DNA of 64,000 bases from Bryobacterales bacterium (GCA_965205445.1 CBDBHC010000002.1:306463-370462), one strand, 5' to 3'. Shown: positions 9,014 to 18,890, counted from the first letter of the stretch. A program made the numbers and translations. The notes: generated by a model from the sequence alone, not told the origin.

Positions 9014-11029
9014 GTGGATCTCCTGTCGCCTTGGTTCCTCGCTGGAGGTCTGGCGGTCGGGCTGCCGCTCTGGCTCCACCTGATGCGCCAGCGCAATCCG
9101 GTCCGCTTGCCGTTCAGTTCGCTGATGTTCTTCCGCAAGCGAACCGAGACCACCATCCGGGAGCGGCGTCTGCAATACCTGCTGCTGCTTGCGCTTCGGC
9201 TTGCCCTGTTCCTGTTACTCGCCCTGGCATTCGCCAAGCCGATCTGGGAGCGCCCTCCGGCGGCCATTGCGGGCGAGGTGCCGAAACTCCACATCGTCGT
9301 GGTGGACACCTCGCTGAGCATGCAGCACGGTGGTCGGTGGGAGGCAGCGCTCGACGAGGCGGAGCGTGTCTTGGGAGGCCTGCGGGACATCGACCGCGCG
9401 CAGATCATGGCGAACGGGCCCTCGGTTCGCGTGCTGACCGCGGCCACCGGGGACCCCACGGCCTTGCGCCGGGCGCTGGCCGGGCTGGTCCCAACCCACG
9501 CCCGCAACAACTTCGGGGATGCCATCGAGGCCGTCCGCACCCTTGTCGCTGACGAACCAGGCCCGGTCGAGGTCCATCTGGTTTCCGACTTGCAGAACTC
9601 GGCCATGCCCGCGCGGTTCCAGGACCTGGTACTGCCCGGCTCGGCCGAGCTGGTCGTTCACGACGTGTCCGGCGGCGAGTCCCCCAACTGGGCGATCGAC
9701 AGCGTGAAGGGCTCGTATCGTCTCTATGGCGAGGAGCGCCCCAGGCTCGAGGTGACCGTCGCCAGCTTCGCCCAGTCGGATGCCTCCAGAACCGTTTCGA
9801 TGTGGATTGACGGCCGCCCTGCGGGCAGCGTCAGCAAGGAAGTTCCAGCTGGCGGCCGGGCGGCGTTCGCGTTCGAAATTGCCGGTCCGCCACGGGGCTT
9901 CAGCCGCGCGGAGTTCCGTCTCGAGCCGTCCGACGATCTGGCTGCCGACGACATTCGCAGGGTGGCGTTGGACAACACCGAGCCCGACCCGATCCTGTTC
10001 GTGTCGCAGGATCCGCGCAAGCGGGATATTCTGTACTACGGCGAAGCGCTCGAGGCGAGTGCTTCGGCCCGCTTCAGCCTTGCGAGCGTCTCGCCCGCCA
10101 ACGTCGAGCGTATCGACCTGAGCCAGTACGTCCTCGTTGTCCTTTCAGACGTCCCGCGCCTCAGTTCGGGGTTCCAGACGCGGCTGCAGGGCTGGATGGA
10201 GGCTGGCGGCGCGCTGTTCGTGGCGCTCGGCCCGAATAGCGCCCTCTCCCGTCGAACCGCTCTGACGGGACACCAGGTGGACCAGCCGCTCGCGTCGGAG
10301 CGCGGCGACGTCCCGTTCCAGGTGGCGGGCGAAGTGGACGGCTCCCACTGGGTCGCCAGCGCGGCCGAGGGCCTCCGTCCCGCCAAGTTCTTCCTGTACG
10401 CAAGGGTGCGCACGATGGCGGGCGACACGGTGCCCCTGCGGCTGGGCAATGGCGATCCGCTTCTGGTCGAGCGCGAGATCGGCAACGGGCGCGCCATGAT
10501 CTTTGCGTCCACGCTGGACAACGTATGGAACGACATGCCGCTCACTCCGGTGTTTGTCCCCTTTGTGACGGAAGCGGCCCGGAGCCTGACAGGAGCGGAA
10601 TCCGCTCGCGGGCACGCTATCCTTGGCGACGTGCTCGAGCTGGGCACGCGTCGCGGCGCCGGTGCCACCGTGCAGGTATTCGATCCGGCGGGAAATCCCG
10701 TCCTGAACCTCTCGGACTCGGTCAGTCGCGAGGCCCTCGCGCTAGATTCGGTCGGCTTCTACGAAATCGGTGCCGGAAGCCATCCCGAGCTGTTGGCGGT
10801 CAATCCCGATCCGCGCGAATCGAACCTCCGTGCGATCGAAGAGGATACATTGGCCCTGTGGCGCTCGACCGGAGACTCCGAATCGAGGCAGACGGCTACG
10901 GCGGGCGTTCCGCCGCCAGACTCTCCGCCATGGCGGATCTGGCGCCTGTTGCTGGGCCTGCTGCTTCTAGCGGCACTGCTAGAATCATTCGTGGGCAATC
11001 GGCACTTGGATGCCGCCAGGGGGGACTGA
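9014..11029 (+). CDS. BatA-domain (aerotolerance-regulator N-terminal double-TM) / VWA-like membrane protein
   Basis: The N-terminus 'MDLLSPWFLAGGLAVGLPLWLHLMRQRNPVRLPFSSLMFF' is followed by a second TM helix. A MIDAS-like 'HIVVVDTSLSMQHG' is present, and there is a C-terminal TM 'WRLLLGLLLLAALLESFV'. Confidence 0.82.
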   Translation: MDLLSPWFLAGGLAVGLPLWLHLMRQRNPVRLPFSSLMFFRKRTETTIRERRLQYLLLLALRLALFLLLALAFAKPIWERPPAAIAGEVPKLHIVVVDTSLSMQHGGRWEAALDEAERVLGGLRDIDRAQIMANGPSVRVLTAATGDPTALRRALAGLVPTHARNNFGDAIEAVRTLVADEPGPVEVHLVSDLQNSAMPARFQDLVLPGSAELVVHDVSGGESPNWAIDSVKGSYRLYGEERPRLEVTVASFAQSDASRTVSMWIDGRPAGSVSKEVPAGGRAAFAFEIAGPPRGFSRAEFRLEPSDDLAADDIRRVALDNTEPDPILFVSQDPRKRDILYYGEALEASASARFSLASVSPANVERIDLSQYVLVVLSDVPRLSSGFQTRLQGWMEAGGALFVALGPNSALSRRTALTGHQVDQPLASERGDVPFQVAGEVDGSHWVASAAEGLRPAKFFLYARVRTMAGDTVPLRLGNGDPLLVEREIGNGRAMIFASTLDNVWNDMPLTPVFVPFVTEAARSLTGAESARGHAILGDVLELGTRRGAGATVQVFDPAGNPVLNLSDSVSREALALDSVGFYEIGAGSHPELLAVNPDPRESNLRAIEEDTLALWRSTGDSESRQTATAGVPPPDSPPWRIWRLLLGLLLLAALLESFVGNRHLDAARGD

Positions 11030-11033
11030 GGCG

Positions 11034-14000
11034 ATGCTGTTAAGTCACGAGGGCCGAGGCGGCGTCACTCTCGACAGTTATCTGGCCTCGATTGCAAGGC
11101 GCCTTCGTGCCTCCGTGGCCTCCCGCGGAGCCGGTGCCATCGCCGCGACCGCGCTGCTTGCCACGGCAGCCGGCGTGTTCCTCGCCAACAGGGCGGCCTT
11201 CTCCTCGGCCAGCGTCGCCGGCTCGCGCGCCTTCCTGCTGGCTGCGATTGCAGCCGTCACCGTCATGCTGCTCGTGCTGCCCATGCGCCGGCTGCTGCGC
11301 AGCCCCGTCCTGCAGCGCGCCGCGGACGAGGCCGAGCGCCGCTCGCCCGAATTCGACGGACGGCTCCGGACCTGGGCCGACGAGCGGGCCCGGTCGGAAG
11401 CCCAGGGGCGCGCGCCGAGCCCGCTGCTGGCGCTGCTGGCTCGCGACACGGCCCAGGCGGCGGCCTCTGTGCCGCTGGACGCGGTCGTCAGCAGGGCAAT
11501 GACTCTCGCGTTCGCGTCTGCCGCCTGCCTGGCCATCCTGTCGCTGGTCTGGCTGGGCACTGCCGGGCCCGGTTACTGGCAGTACGGCACGGCGAGGCTC
11601 TGGGCCGGATGGTTCCTGACCCAGGATGAACCGCTCTACGAGCTGCTCGTCCAGCCGGGAGACACGACTATTCGCCAGGGCGGCCGCTTGGATGTCACAG
11701 CGCAGGTCGTCGGATTCGAGCCGGGTTCGGTAGAAATCCACGCCAAGTTCGAGAGCAGCGTCGACTGGGAACGCGCTCCGATGGGTCCCCAGCTGCAGGG
11801 CTCCGGATACGAATTCACATTCTCGACTGTGCGCGAGCCGCTCCGCTATTTCGTCGAGGCCGGCCGATTGCGCAGTCGAGAGTTCAACGTAGGTGTCGTC
11901 GAGATGCCGAACATCGAGAACATCAGGCTCGAGTACGACTACCCAGCCTGGAGCGGCTTGGATCCTGTGGTGCAGGACCCGGGCGGGGACATTGCCGCGG
12001 TTCCGGGCACTCGCGTCACGATCACGCTCACCACCGACAAGGATCTGGACGGAGGGTTGCTGATGGTCGGCGAGGAATCGGTCCGGCTGCGCGGGAACCG
12101 GGCCCAGATCGAGGTCGAGGAGGACTCGGCGTATCACGTCGCCGCGATGTACCGCGGCGAGCGCGTCAGGCTGACCGAAGACTACTTCATCACGGCCGTG
12201 CCGGACGAGAAGCCCACGGTGAAGATCCTCGAGCCCGGAAGGGATTGGCGGGCCAGCAGCATCGAAGAGGTATCTGTCAGCATCGAGGCCAGCGACGACT
12301 TCGGCCTGCGTGGACTCGAGCTGCGGTACGCGGTGAATGGAATCAACGAGCAGACTGTCGCTCTTGCGCCGCGGCGTGGCGCCAAGACGGTGTCGCGCGG
12401 CCACGTGTTCTATCTAGAGGATCTGGGTCCGCCGGGCGGTATCTCCATTCTGCCGGGTGCGGGAGCAACGGATGCCCTGCCGCCGCCGGCTCCGGAAGCA
12501 GCTCTTCTCCCCGGCGACCTGATCAGTTACTACTTGGTCGCCAAGGACGCGAAGCGCGAAGTCCGCAGCGACATGTACTTCATCAACGTCCAGCCGTACG
12601 AGCGCAGGTTCTCGCAGTCCCAGCAGGCGGGCGGGCAGGGCGGCCAGGGCCAGCGGCAGGACGAGATCTCGCGCCGCCAGAAGGAAATCATCCTGGCGAC
12701 GTGGAATCTGATCAAAGAGCGGGACGCCGAGGACGGCCGCGAAGAGAGCAAGCTGCGCGAGAGCGCGACGATGCTGTCCGAACTGCAAGGAACGCTGATG
12801 CAGCAGGCACAGACGCTGGCCCAGCGAACCCGGGCGCGCCAGCTGACTGACACGGACCCGATGTTCGCTCAGTTCGTCGAGTACTTGGAGCAGGCCGGTT
12901 CGTTCATGGAGCCGGCGGCTGAGGCGCTGCACGAATTCCGGCTCGAGGACGCCGTCGGTCCCGAGCAGCAGGCGCTGCAGTTCCTGCTTCGCGCGGAGAA
13001 CCTGTTTACCGACATCCAGATCTCCATGTCTCAGCGAGGAGGCGGCGGAGGCGGGGCCTCGCGCGACCTGGCCGAGATGTTCGAACTGGAGATGGACCTG
13101 GAAAAAAATCAATACGAGACCGGCGGAGGAGCGTCAGGACAGCAGATCGAGCAGGAGATCGACGAGGCGATGAAGAAGCTCGAGGAACTCGCGCGCCGCC
13201 AGGAGCAGCTCGCCGACCGAGCGCAGGACCGAACTCGCGCGAGCTTCGAGCAACGCTGGCAGCAGGAAATGCTGCGGCGCGAGGCCGAGGACCTGAAGCG
13301 CCAGCTGGAGCAGCTTCAGAGGCGGCAGGAAAGCCGGCAGCAGCAGGCAGGAGCGCAGGGGAGCCAGGGGTCGAGCTCTTCAGGTGGAGGCCCGGGCTCG
13401 CCCCAGCAGCTGGACCGGACGATCCAGCAGCTCGAGAGAGCTGCTCGCGAGATGGACCGAGGAGGCGAGGGCGGGGACCCGCGCACGGCCTCGGCAGGAG
13501 CTCTTCGCGAACTGCAGCGGGCCGTGGAGTCCATGCAGCAGCAACGGCAGCAACAAAGCGAGTCTGCGCTTGCCGAGCTGGCCCGGGAATCGACGAGGGT
13601 GGCTGAAGACCAGGAGCGGGCCGCGGCCAGGCTACAGGAGTCCCTCAAGGTCGCGCTCGAAGCACTCAAGGCGCAGGGGGGGAAGCAGAACGGTCCCCTG
13701 CCGACCGGCATGTCGAGGCAGGAGGAAATCGACCTTGCCGACCTGAAGACCGACATCGGCAACCGAGTCGCCGAAATCGAGAAGGGTTTGCAGCGGCAGG
13801 CGCGAGCGCTCCGCGGTCACAATGACGAGGCCTCCAGGGCGTTGCTGAACGCCCTCATGGAACTCCAGCAATCTGAGGCGTCTCCTACGATCCAGTACGC
13901 TGCGGAGCTGGTTCGCCGCGGCCTGGCTCCCTATGCTGCCAGCAACGAGGAGGCTGTCTCCCGGGCCCTGCGCCGACTGCGCGACGACATCAAGGAAGCT

Positions 14001-14696
14001 GGCCAGATTGCCAGGCAGGAGGCCACCGGCCAGGACCGCGGGCTCGCCGGGCTCCTCTCGGAAGTCGAGCGGCTCCGGCGAGGTCTGGAGGACGCGGCCG
14101 GCCAGGGCGAACGGCAGGAAGGGAATCCGGGCGAGGGGCAATCCCCCGGCAGGGGCCAGCGAGCCCCTGACGGAGAGCGCGCGCCGCAGTCGGGCCAGGA
14201 AGCGGGTGCCAGGGGAGGAAATCCGAGCCAGCAGGGCCCGGCAGCTGGCCCGGGCGGGGCCAGAGGCGACCGGCGAGGGGGTTGGAGCAACTGGGGAGCC
14301 CCCGGTGATCGCCAGTGGCGGGGCGGGTTTCCGCCGCTCGTACAAGATCCGATCGTTCGCGAGCGAATGGAACGCGCCCTGCGGGACAGCATTGCCGAGG
14401 TGCCTCGGCTGGCCCGTCGCGGTCGTGCCCAGGGCGAGTTCGATTCGCGGGATATCGCCGAACTGCGCCGCTTCGCGCAGGATCTGGGCGACGGAAGGTT
14501 CCGCGGCAATCCGGCATTGCTCGAGGAGGAATACCGCAAGATGCTGGCACTCCTCGAGCAACTCGAGGTCAAGCTGAGGAGGCAGGTCGAGCTCGACGAC
14601 AAGGAAGAGGTGCGCGCGATCGTTTCCGAGACAGTGCCCGAGCCGTACCGCGAGGCCGTAGCGGAGTACTATCGACGGCTTGGAGGCGCGCGCTAG
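11034..14696 (+). CDS. Very large membrane-anchored protein of unknown function with a long Q/E/R/G-rich coiled-coil / low-complexity C-terminal half
   Basis: A long ORF follows directly on the BatA gene (ATG at 11034, 5 nt after the upstream stop; the ORF is open from 11010). N-terminal hydrophobic segments include 'AIAATALLATAAGVFLA', 'LLAAIAAVTVMLLVL' and 'LAFASAACLAILSLVWL'. The middle region is beta-rich. The C-terminal ~600 aa are rich in Q/E/R with runs such as 'QRGGGGGGAS' and 'MQQQRQQQSES'. No family was recognised with confidence; it may be DUF4175-like. Confidence 0.7.
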   Translation: MLLSHEGRGGVTLDSYLASIARRLRASVASRGAGAIAATALLATAAGVFLANRAAFSSASVAGSRAFLLAAIAAVTVMLLVLPMRRLLRSPVLQRAADEAERRSPEFDGRLRTWADERARSEAQGRAPSPLLALLARDTAQAAASVPLDAVVSRAMTLAFASAACLAILSLVWLGTAGPGYWQYGTARLWAGWFLTQDEPLYELLVQPGDTTIRQGGRLDVTAQVVGFEPGSVEIHAKFESSVDWERAPMGPQLQGSGYEFTFSTVREPLRYFVEAGRLRSREFNVGVVEMPNIENIRLEYDYPAWSGLDPVVQDPGGDIAAVPGTRVTITLTTDKDLDGGLLMVGEESVRLRGNRAQIEVEEDSAYHVAAMYRGERVRLTEDYFITAVPDEKPTVKILEPGRDWRASSIEEVSVSIEASDDFGLRGLELRYAVNGINEQTVALAPRRGAKTVSRGHVFYLEDLGPPGGISILPGAGATDALPPPAPEAALLPGDLISYYLVAKDAKREVRSDMYFINVQPYERRFSQSQQAGGQGGQGQRQDEISRRQKEIILATWNLIKERDAEDGREESKLRESATMLSELQGTLMQQAQTLAQRTRARQLTDTDPMFAQFVEYLEQAGSFMEPAAEALHEFRLEDAVGPEQQALQFLLRAENLFTDIQISMSQRGGGGGGASRDLAEMFELEMDLEKNQYETGGGASGQQIEQEIDEAMKKLEELARRQEQLADRAQDRTRASFEQRWQQEMLRREAEDLKRQLEQLQRRQESRQQQAGAQGSQGSSSSGGGPGSPQQLDRTIQQLERAAREMDRGGEGGDPRTASAGALRELQRAVESMQQQRQQQSESALAELARESTRVAEDQERAAARLQESLKVALEALKAQGGKQNGPLPTGMSRQEEIDLADLKTDIGNRVAEIEKGLQRQARALRGHNDEASRALLNALMELQQSEASPTIQYAAELVRRGLAPYAASNEEAVSRALRRLRDDIKEAGQIARQEATGQDRGLAGLLSEVERLRRGLEDAAGQGERQEGNPGEGQSPGRGQRAPDGERAPQSGQEAGARGGNPSQQGPAAGPGGARGDRRGGWSNWGAPGDRQWRGGFPPLVQDPIVRERMERALRDSIAEVPRLARRGRAQGEFDSRDIAELRRFAQDLGDGRFRGNPALLEEEYRKMLALLEQLEVKLRRQVELDDKEEVRAIVSETVPEPYREAVAEYYRRLGGAR

Positions 14697-14737
14697 CGGT
14701 GGTCGGCTGGCGAGGGCAGGCGGCGGAGACGGCGAGG

Positions 14738-15118
14738 ATGGCGAGCCTGCATCCGACAGATCGGACCGGGACCCTCGCATTCCCGGCCTTGCGCGGGCTG
14801 GCCGGGGAAATCCGCGGGCGCATCGTCCGCTCCGAAATCGAGGGCGGGCTGCGGCTGGGCGCGCTGAAGAACGGCAGTCGCGTGCTGGTGGAGACCGTGA
14901 ACCGGCTCTACGAGCTCCAGGTCCGAAACGGCCAGACGTGGATTTCCGGCCACCCGGAATTCTGCCCGCAACCCGTGCCGGTGAGAGTCCGCGGGTCGAG
15001 CTGGGGCGGGTCGATGCTGAAGGTAGCTTACCTGGGTCGAGGGATGCACATGGAGTTCCAGCACCCGAATCATTCCACGGTGACCACCTCCCGCATTGTC
15101 TCCATCCGGCTGGATTGA
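14738..15118 (+). CDS. Small hypothetical protein (126 aa)
   Basis: The ATG at 14738 lies within the ORF 14315..15118, just after the stop of the giant gene. The sequence 'VLVETVNRLYELQVRNGQTWISGHPEFCPQPVPVRVRGSSWGGSML...' looks globular. No family was recognised. Confidence 0.5.
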   Translation: MASLHPTDRTGTLAFPALRGLAGEIRGRIVRSEIEGGLRLGALKNGSRVLVETVNRLYELQVRNGQTWISGHPEFCPQPVPVRVRGSSWGGSMLKVAYLGRGMHMEFQHPNHSTVTTSRIVSIRLD

Positions 15119-15138
15119 GCGCCGGGCCGCCTGGCCGG

Positions 15139-16161
15139 CTACTCAAGAAGCGCCGCGACATGGCTGGCGACGCCGGACGCAAGTCCCTCGAGGCTGTACC
15201 CACCCTCCAACGCTGACACCAGCCGGCCCTTGGCGTGCCTGTCAGCGACGTCGCGAAGCAGGAGCGTCAGTTCGCGAAAGTCGTCGTCTTCCAGCCGGAA
15301 CCGTCCCAGCGGGTCCCCGAGCCTGGAGTCGAAGCCGGCGGACACCATCACGAGGTCCGGCCGAAATGCGTCCGCCGCGGGCAGCAGCTGCTCCCGGAAC
15401 GCACCCAGGACCTGCTTGCGGCCGGACCCGGCCGGGAAGGGGCAGTTGATCGTCGAGCCCTCGCCCGCGCCTTGCCCGGTCTCGCCAGCGGCACCGGTGC
15501 CGGGGTACCACGGCGACTGGTGGGTGCTGAAGAACAGCACGTTCGGATCCGAGTAGAAGATGTCCTGCGTTCCGTTACCGTGATGCACGTCCCAGTCCGC
15601 GATCATCACCCGTTCCAGTCCGTGGCGACGGATCGCATGCCGCGCCGCGACAGCGACATTGTTGAAGATGCAGAATCCCATGCCGTGTTCTGGCCTTGCA
15701 TGGTGTCCTGGCGGCCGTAGCGCGCAGAACGCCTGGTCGGCGCCGCCCGAGACGACCTCGTCAACCGCCTTGCACACGGCTCCGGTCGCGGCCCGGGCGG
15801 CTTTCAGGGAACTGGGGCCGACATGCGTGTCACCAGTCGACAGCATGCGCCTGCCCGCCTCGATTTCGCGCTCGACGAGATCGATGTAGCCGGCTGCGTG
15901 GCAGAGCTGCAGGGTGTCATTCGCGGCCTCCCCGGACTCCAGGCGCTTCATGCGGTCGTCCAGCCCGGTCTCCGTGAGGACGCGCATCACCGCACTGAAC
16001 CGCTCCGTGCGCTCGGGATGCCCGTGAGGCGTCCGATGGGCAAGCGATGCCTCCGGAGCCAGGAATGCAAGATGCGTCACCGTAAGGATTCTATCCCGCC
16101 CCGATGAGCGAGCGCCGCTGCGAAGCGAGAGCACACTTCTTTCCGCGATCCAGGCCCGCAC
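15139..16161 (-). CDS. Histone deacetylase / acetoin-utilisation (AcuC-like) family deacetylase
   Basis: 'ALRPPGHHARPEHGMGFCIFNNVAVAA', 'IADWDVHHGNGTQDIF' and 'SAGFDSRLGDPLG' are the class I/II HDAC-family catalytic motifs. The true start may be the internal GTG at 16080. Confidence 0.88.
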   Translation of the reverse strand: MRAWIAERSVLSLRSGARSSGRDRILTVTHLAFLAPEASLAHRTPHGHPERTERFSAVMRVLTETGLDDRMKRLESGEAANDTLQLCHAAGYIDLVEREIEAGRRMLSTGDTHVGPSSLKAARAATGAVCKAVDEVVSGGADQAFCALRPPGHHARPEHGMGFCIFNNVAVAARHAIRRHGLERVMIADWDVHHGNGTQDIFYSDPNVLFFSTHQSPWYPGTGAAGETGQGAGEGSTINCPFPAGSGRKQVLGAFREQLLPAADAFRPDLVMVSAGFDSRLGDPLGRFRLEDDDFRELTLLLRDVADRHAKGRLVSALEGGYSLEGLASGVASHVAALLE

Positions 16162-16290
16162 CCGCGGCCGGATTGCGGGAGTAGCGAGACCCGACGCGCG
16201 CCTTGTCGGCGTGCTCCCGCTTTAAGGAGCCATTGGCTTTCGCCTGGCGGGTAGCGTGCCGTTTCGACGGCGCGCAATAATCAAGCTAAC

Positions 16291-18138
16291 GTGCTTCCCA
16301 CCAAGCTGCGCGCGAAATGGCCAGTCCTAGCCGTCATCCTTTGCGCCGCTATGGTTGCTGTGCTGGCCGCACTGCAGTTCGCCTGGACGGGCCAGCTGAG
16401 CCGGGCGCAGGAAGCAATGATGCAAAACGCCCTCTCGAACTCGATCCGGCAGTTCGAGCAGGCGATCCAGCGCGAGCTGGCATACCTGCTTTTTCTGTTC
16501 CAGCCGAGCGTCCGGGGCGGGCGCCAAGAGCGCTGGAACCGGTATGCGGAGGACTACGTGCTGTGGTCCGAGACCAGCGCACATCCGGCGATGCTCCGCC
16601 GGCTGCTCGTTTATGACAACGAGCCGGACGGCTCGCGCACCCTGCGCGAGTTGCCTCTCGAAGGCACCGAGCCGGTCCCCGTCGGCTGGGGCGAGGATCT
16701 CGCTGGGTTGAGGGTCAGTCTCGACGCGGCGGGCGAGAGGGCGGGGCGCACACGTGACTTGCGCCCGTTCGCATGGACGGTGTTTCCGGAGGCACGAGCT
16801 GTCGCGCGGCCCGAGCCGTCCTTCACGGGCTTCCGCCGGGGACCGGACCGTGCTCAGCGCCGCGTGGCGGCCGGCAGCGTCATTCTGGTCCTGAACTGGT
16901 CATACGTCACCGAGACGTTCTTGCCCGAGACCGTCCGGCGTCTGTTCACCGGCCCGGATGGCGAGCAGCTCTACGAAGTAGCGATTTCCACTGGGGATGA
17001 CGCCGGGTTCCTTTTCCGATCAGACCCGTCGATCGGACCCGGATGGCTGGCCGCGGCCGATAGCCGACGCCGATTCCGGCTGCTCAGGGACCCTCCGCCC
17101 CGCGGCCCGGGGCCCGGCCCGGGGCTGCCGCCGGAAAATAGCCGCAGGCCCGGGGCCGCTAGCGAAGCCAACGAGCGCCCGCGCGGCCCAGGCGGAGCGA
17201 CGGGGATCGCGAGACGTGGGTCGGCGAACGCCCGGTCGAGGATCTATTTGGCAGGGGGTGACCCTCTCCCTCCACTGGTGATTGCGGCTACACACATTTC
17301 CGGGTCGCTCGCGGGTGTGGTGGAGCGGCAGCGGGCCCGAAGCCTGGCGACCGGACTCGGCGTGCTGCTTGTGCTGGCTGGCGCCATGGCGCTCGTTCTT
17401 GTCGGCGCGAGGCGCGCTGAGCAGCTGGCCGGGATGCAGATGGAATTCATCGCCGGAGTGACGCACGAGCTTCGCACGCCCGTGTCCGTAATACGCTCCG
17501 TGGGAGAGAACCTGGCCGACGGCGTGGCGAGCGGAACAGAGAAGGTCCGTCGGTACGGAGAGCTAATCCGCGACCAGGGCGACCGTTTGAGCCGGATGGT
17601 GGAACAGACGCTCCAGTTCGCCGCTCTCGAATCGGGCAAGCGGCAGTTCCATATCGTCTGGCTGGATGCGGGCAGTGCCGTGAAGAGGGCGTTGGAGCAG
17701 GCCCGCCCGATGATCGAGCAGTCAGGATTTGCGCTCGAGCGCAGCGAGGGCAGACGCCTTCCACCCGCGAGGGGGGACGAGGAGGCGGTGCAGCAGATCC
17801 TCGCCAATCTCCTCAGCAACGCCGTGAAGTACGGGGAGCCGGGTCGTTGGGTGCGGGTGGAAACCGGCGCTGACGAGGCCGGGACCAGCGCGGAGGTTCA
17901 GATCCGCGTGCACGACGGGGGGAAGGGCATTCCGCCGTCGGAGCGACGTCGCATCTTTGACCCCTACTACCGCGGGTCGGCCGCCGGCGAGGGGAACATC
18001 CAGGGCTCGGGGCTGGGTCTCAAGCTGGCGCGCGACCTGGCACTGGGAATGGGCGGGAATCTGTCGTTTCGCAGCGATCCCGGCAAGGGCAGTGTCTTCA
18101 CCCTGCATCTGCCGACGCAAGCCGAGTCGGAGGCCTAG
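16291..18138 (+). CDS. Sensor histidine kinase (HisKA + HATPase_c) with an N-terminal TM and a Pro/Gly/Arg-rich insert
   Basis: The H-box is 'FIAGVTHELRTPVSVI', the N-box is 'LANLLSNAVKYG', and the G-boxes are 'VHDGGKGIP' and 'GSGLGLKLA'. The gene is followed by a response regulator. Confidence 0.92.
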   Translation: MLPTKLRAKWPVLAVILCAAMVAVLAALQFAWTGQLSRAQEAMMQNALSNSIRQFEQAIQRELAYLLFLFQPSVRGGRQERWNRYAEDYVLWSETSAHPAMLRRLLVYDNEPDGSRTLRELPLEGTEPVPVGWGEDLAGLRVSLDAAGERAGRTRDLRPFAWTVFPEARAVARPEPSFTGFRRGPDRAQRRVAAGSVILVLNWSYVTETFLPETVRRLFTGPDGEQLYEVAISTGDDAGFLFRSDPSIGPGWLAAADSRRRFRLLRDPPPRGPGPGPGLPPENSRRPGAASEANERPRGPGGATGIARRGSANARSRIYLAGGDPLPPLVIAATHISGSLAGVVERQRARSLATGLGVLLVLAGAMALVLVGARRAEQLAGMQMEFIAGVTHELRTPVSVIRSVGENLADGVASGTEKVRRYGELIRDQGDRLSRMVEQTLQFAALESGKRQFHIVWLDAGSAVKRALEQARPMIEQSGFALERSEGRRLPPARGDEEAVQQILANLLSNAVKYGEPGRWVRVETGADEAGTSAEVQIRVHDGGKGIPPSERRRIFDPYYRGSAAGEGNIQGSGLGLKLARDLALGMGGNLSFRSDPGKGSVFTLHLPTQAESEA

Positions 18139-18147
18139 GCTGTGAGC

Positions 18148-18837
18148 ATGTCGAGAATCCTGCTGGTCGAGGACGAAGTCGGAATCCGCCTGACCGTCAG
18201 TGACCGCCTCCAGGCCGAGGGATACGAACTGGAGACGGCCGAAGACGGGCAGGTCGGCTATGAGCGCGCCCTTCAAGGCGGCATTGATCTCATCGTGCTC
18301 GACTTGATGTTGCCCCGGAAGACGGGCCTCGAGGTCTGCCGGAACCTGCGCGAACAGGGAATCCCTACGCCCGTGCTGATGCTGACGGCCAAGGGTCAGC
18401 TGATGGACCGGGTGGAGGGGCTGCGAACGGGTGCCGACGACTACCTCGTCAAGCCGTTCGAGATGCTGGAGCTGGTGGCGCGTATCGAGGCGATCCTTCG
18501 ACGCGACAGGATGAAGGGTGGGGCGGGCACCGGCGCGATCCATCGGTTCGGAGACGTGCGACTCGATGCCAAGCAGGCCGCAGTGTTCCGCAACGGCAAG
18601 CAGCTGCAGCTGTCCGCAAAGGAGTACCAGCTGTTGCTCTACTTCGCCCAGCATCCCCGCGAGACGCTGACACGCGACGTGCTCCTGCGCGAGGTATGGA
18701 AGTACCGGGCGGGGCTTTCCACGCGGACCGTTGACGTGCACGTCGGCTGGCTCCGGCAGAAGATCGAGGCGGATCCCAAGAAGCCGAAATGGATCGTAAC
18801 CCGCCACGGAATCGGATACATCTTCGATCCCGAGTAG
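18148..18837 (+). CDS. OmpR/PhoB-family response regulator (receiver + winged-helix)
   Basis: 'RILLVEDE', 'DLIVLDLMLP' and 'LMLTAKG' mark the receiver domain. The C-terminal 'LSAKEYQLLLYFAQHP...TRTVDVHVGWLRQKIE' is a trans_reg_C domain. An alternative GTG start exists at 18142. Confidence 0.93.
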   Translation: MSRILLVEDEVGIRLTVSDRLQAEGYELETAEDGQVGYERALQGGIDLIVLDLMLPRKTGLEVCRNLREQGIPTPVLMLTAKGQLMDRVEGLRTGADDYLVKPFEMLELVARIEAILRRDRMKGGAGTGAIHRFGDVRLDAKQAAVFRNGKQLQLSAKEYQLLLYFAQHPRETLTRDVLLREVWKYRAGLSTRTVDVHVGWLRQKIEADPKKPKWIVTRHGIGYIFDPE

Positions 18838-18870
18838 TTCAATCGAACCGGCTGCTAGACGGAATAACTT

Positions 18871-18890
18871 CACGGCGGGTTCAAGCCGTG
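18871..18890 (+). terminator. Possible intrinsic terminator hairpin after the two-component operon
   Basis: A perfect 6-bp stem CACGGC/GCCGTG with an 8-nt loop lies 34 nt after the stop codon. The following T-tract is weak (TTGAT). Confidence 0.3.
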
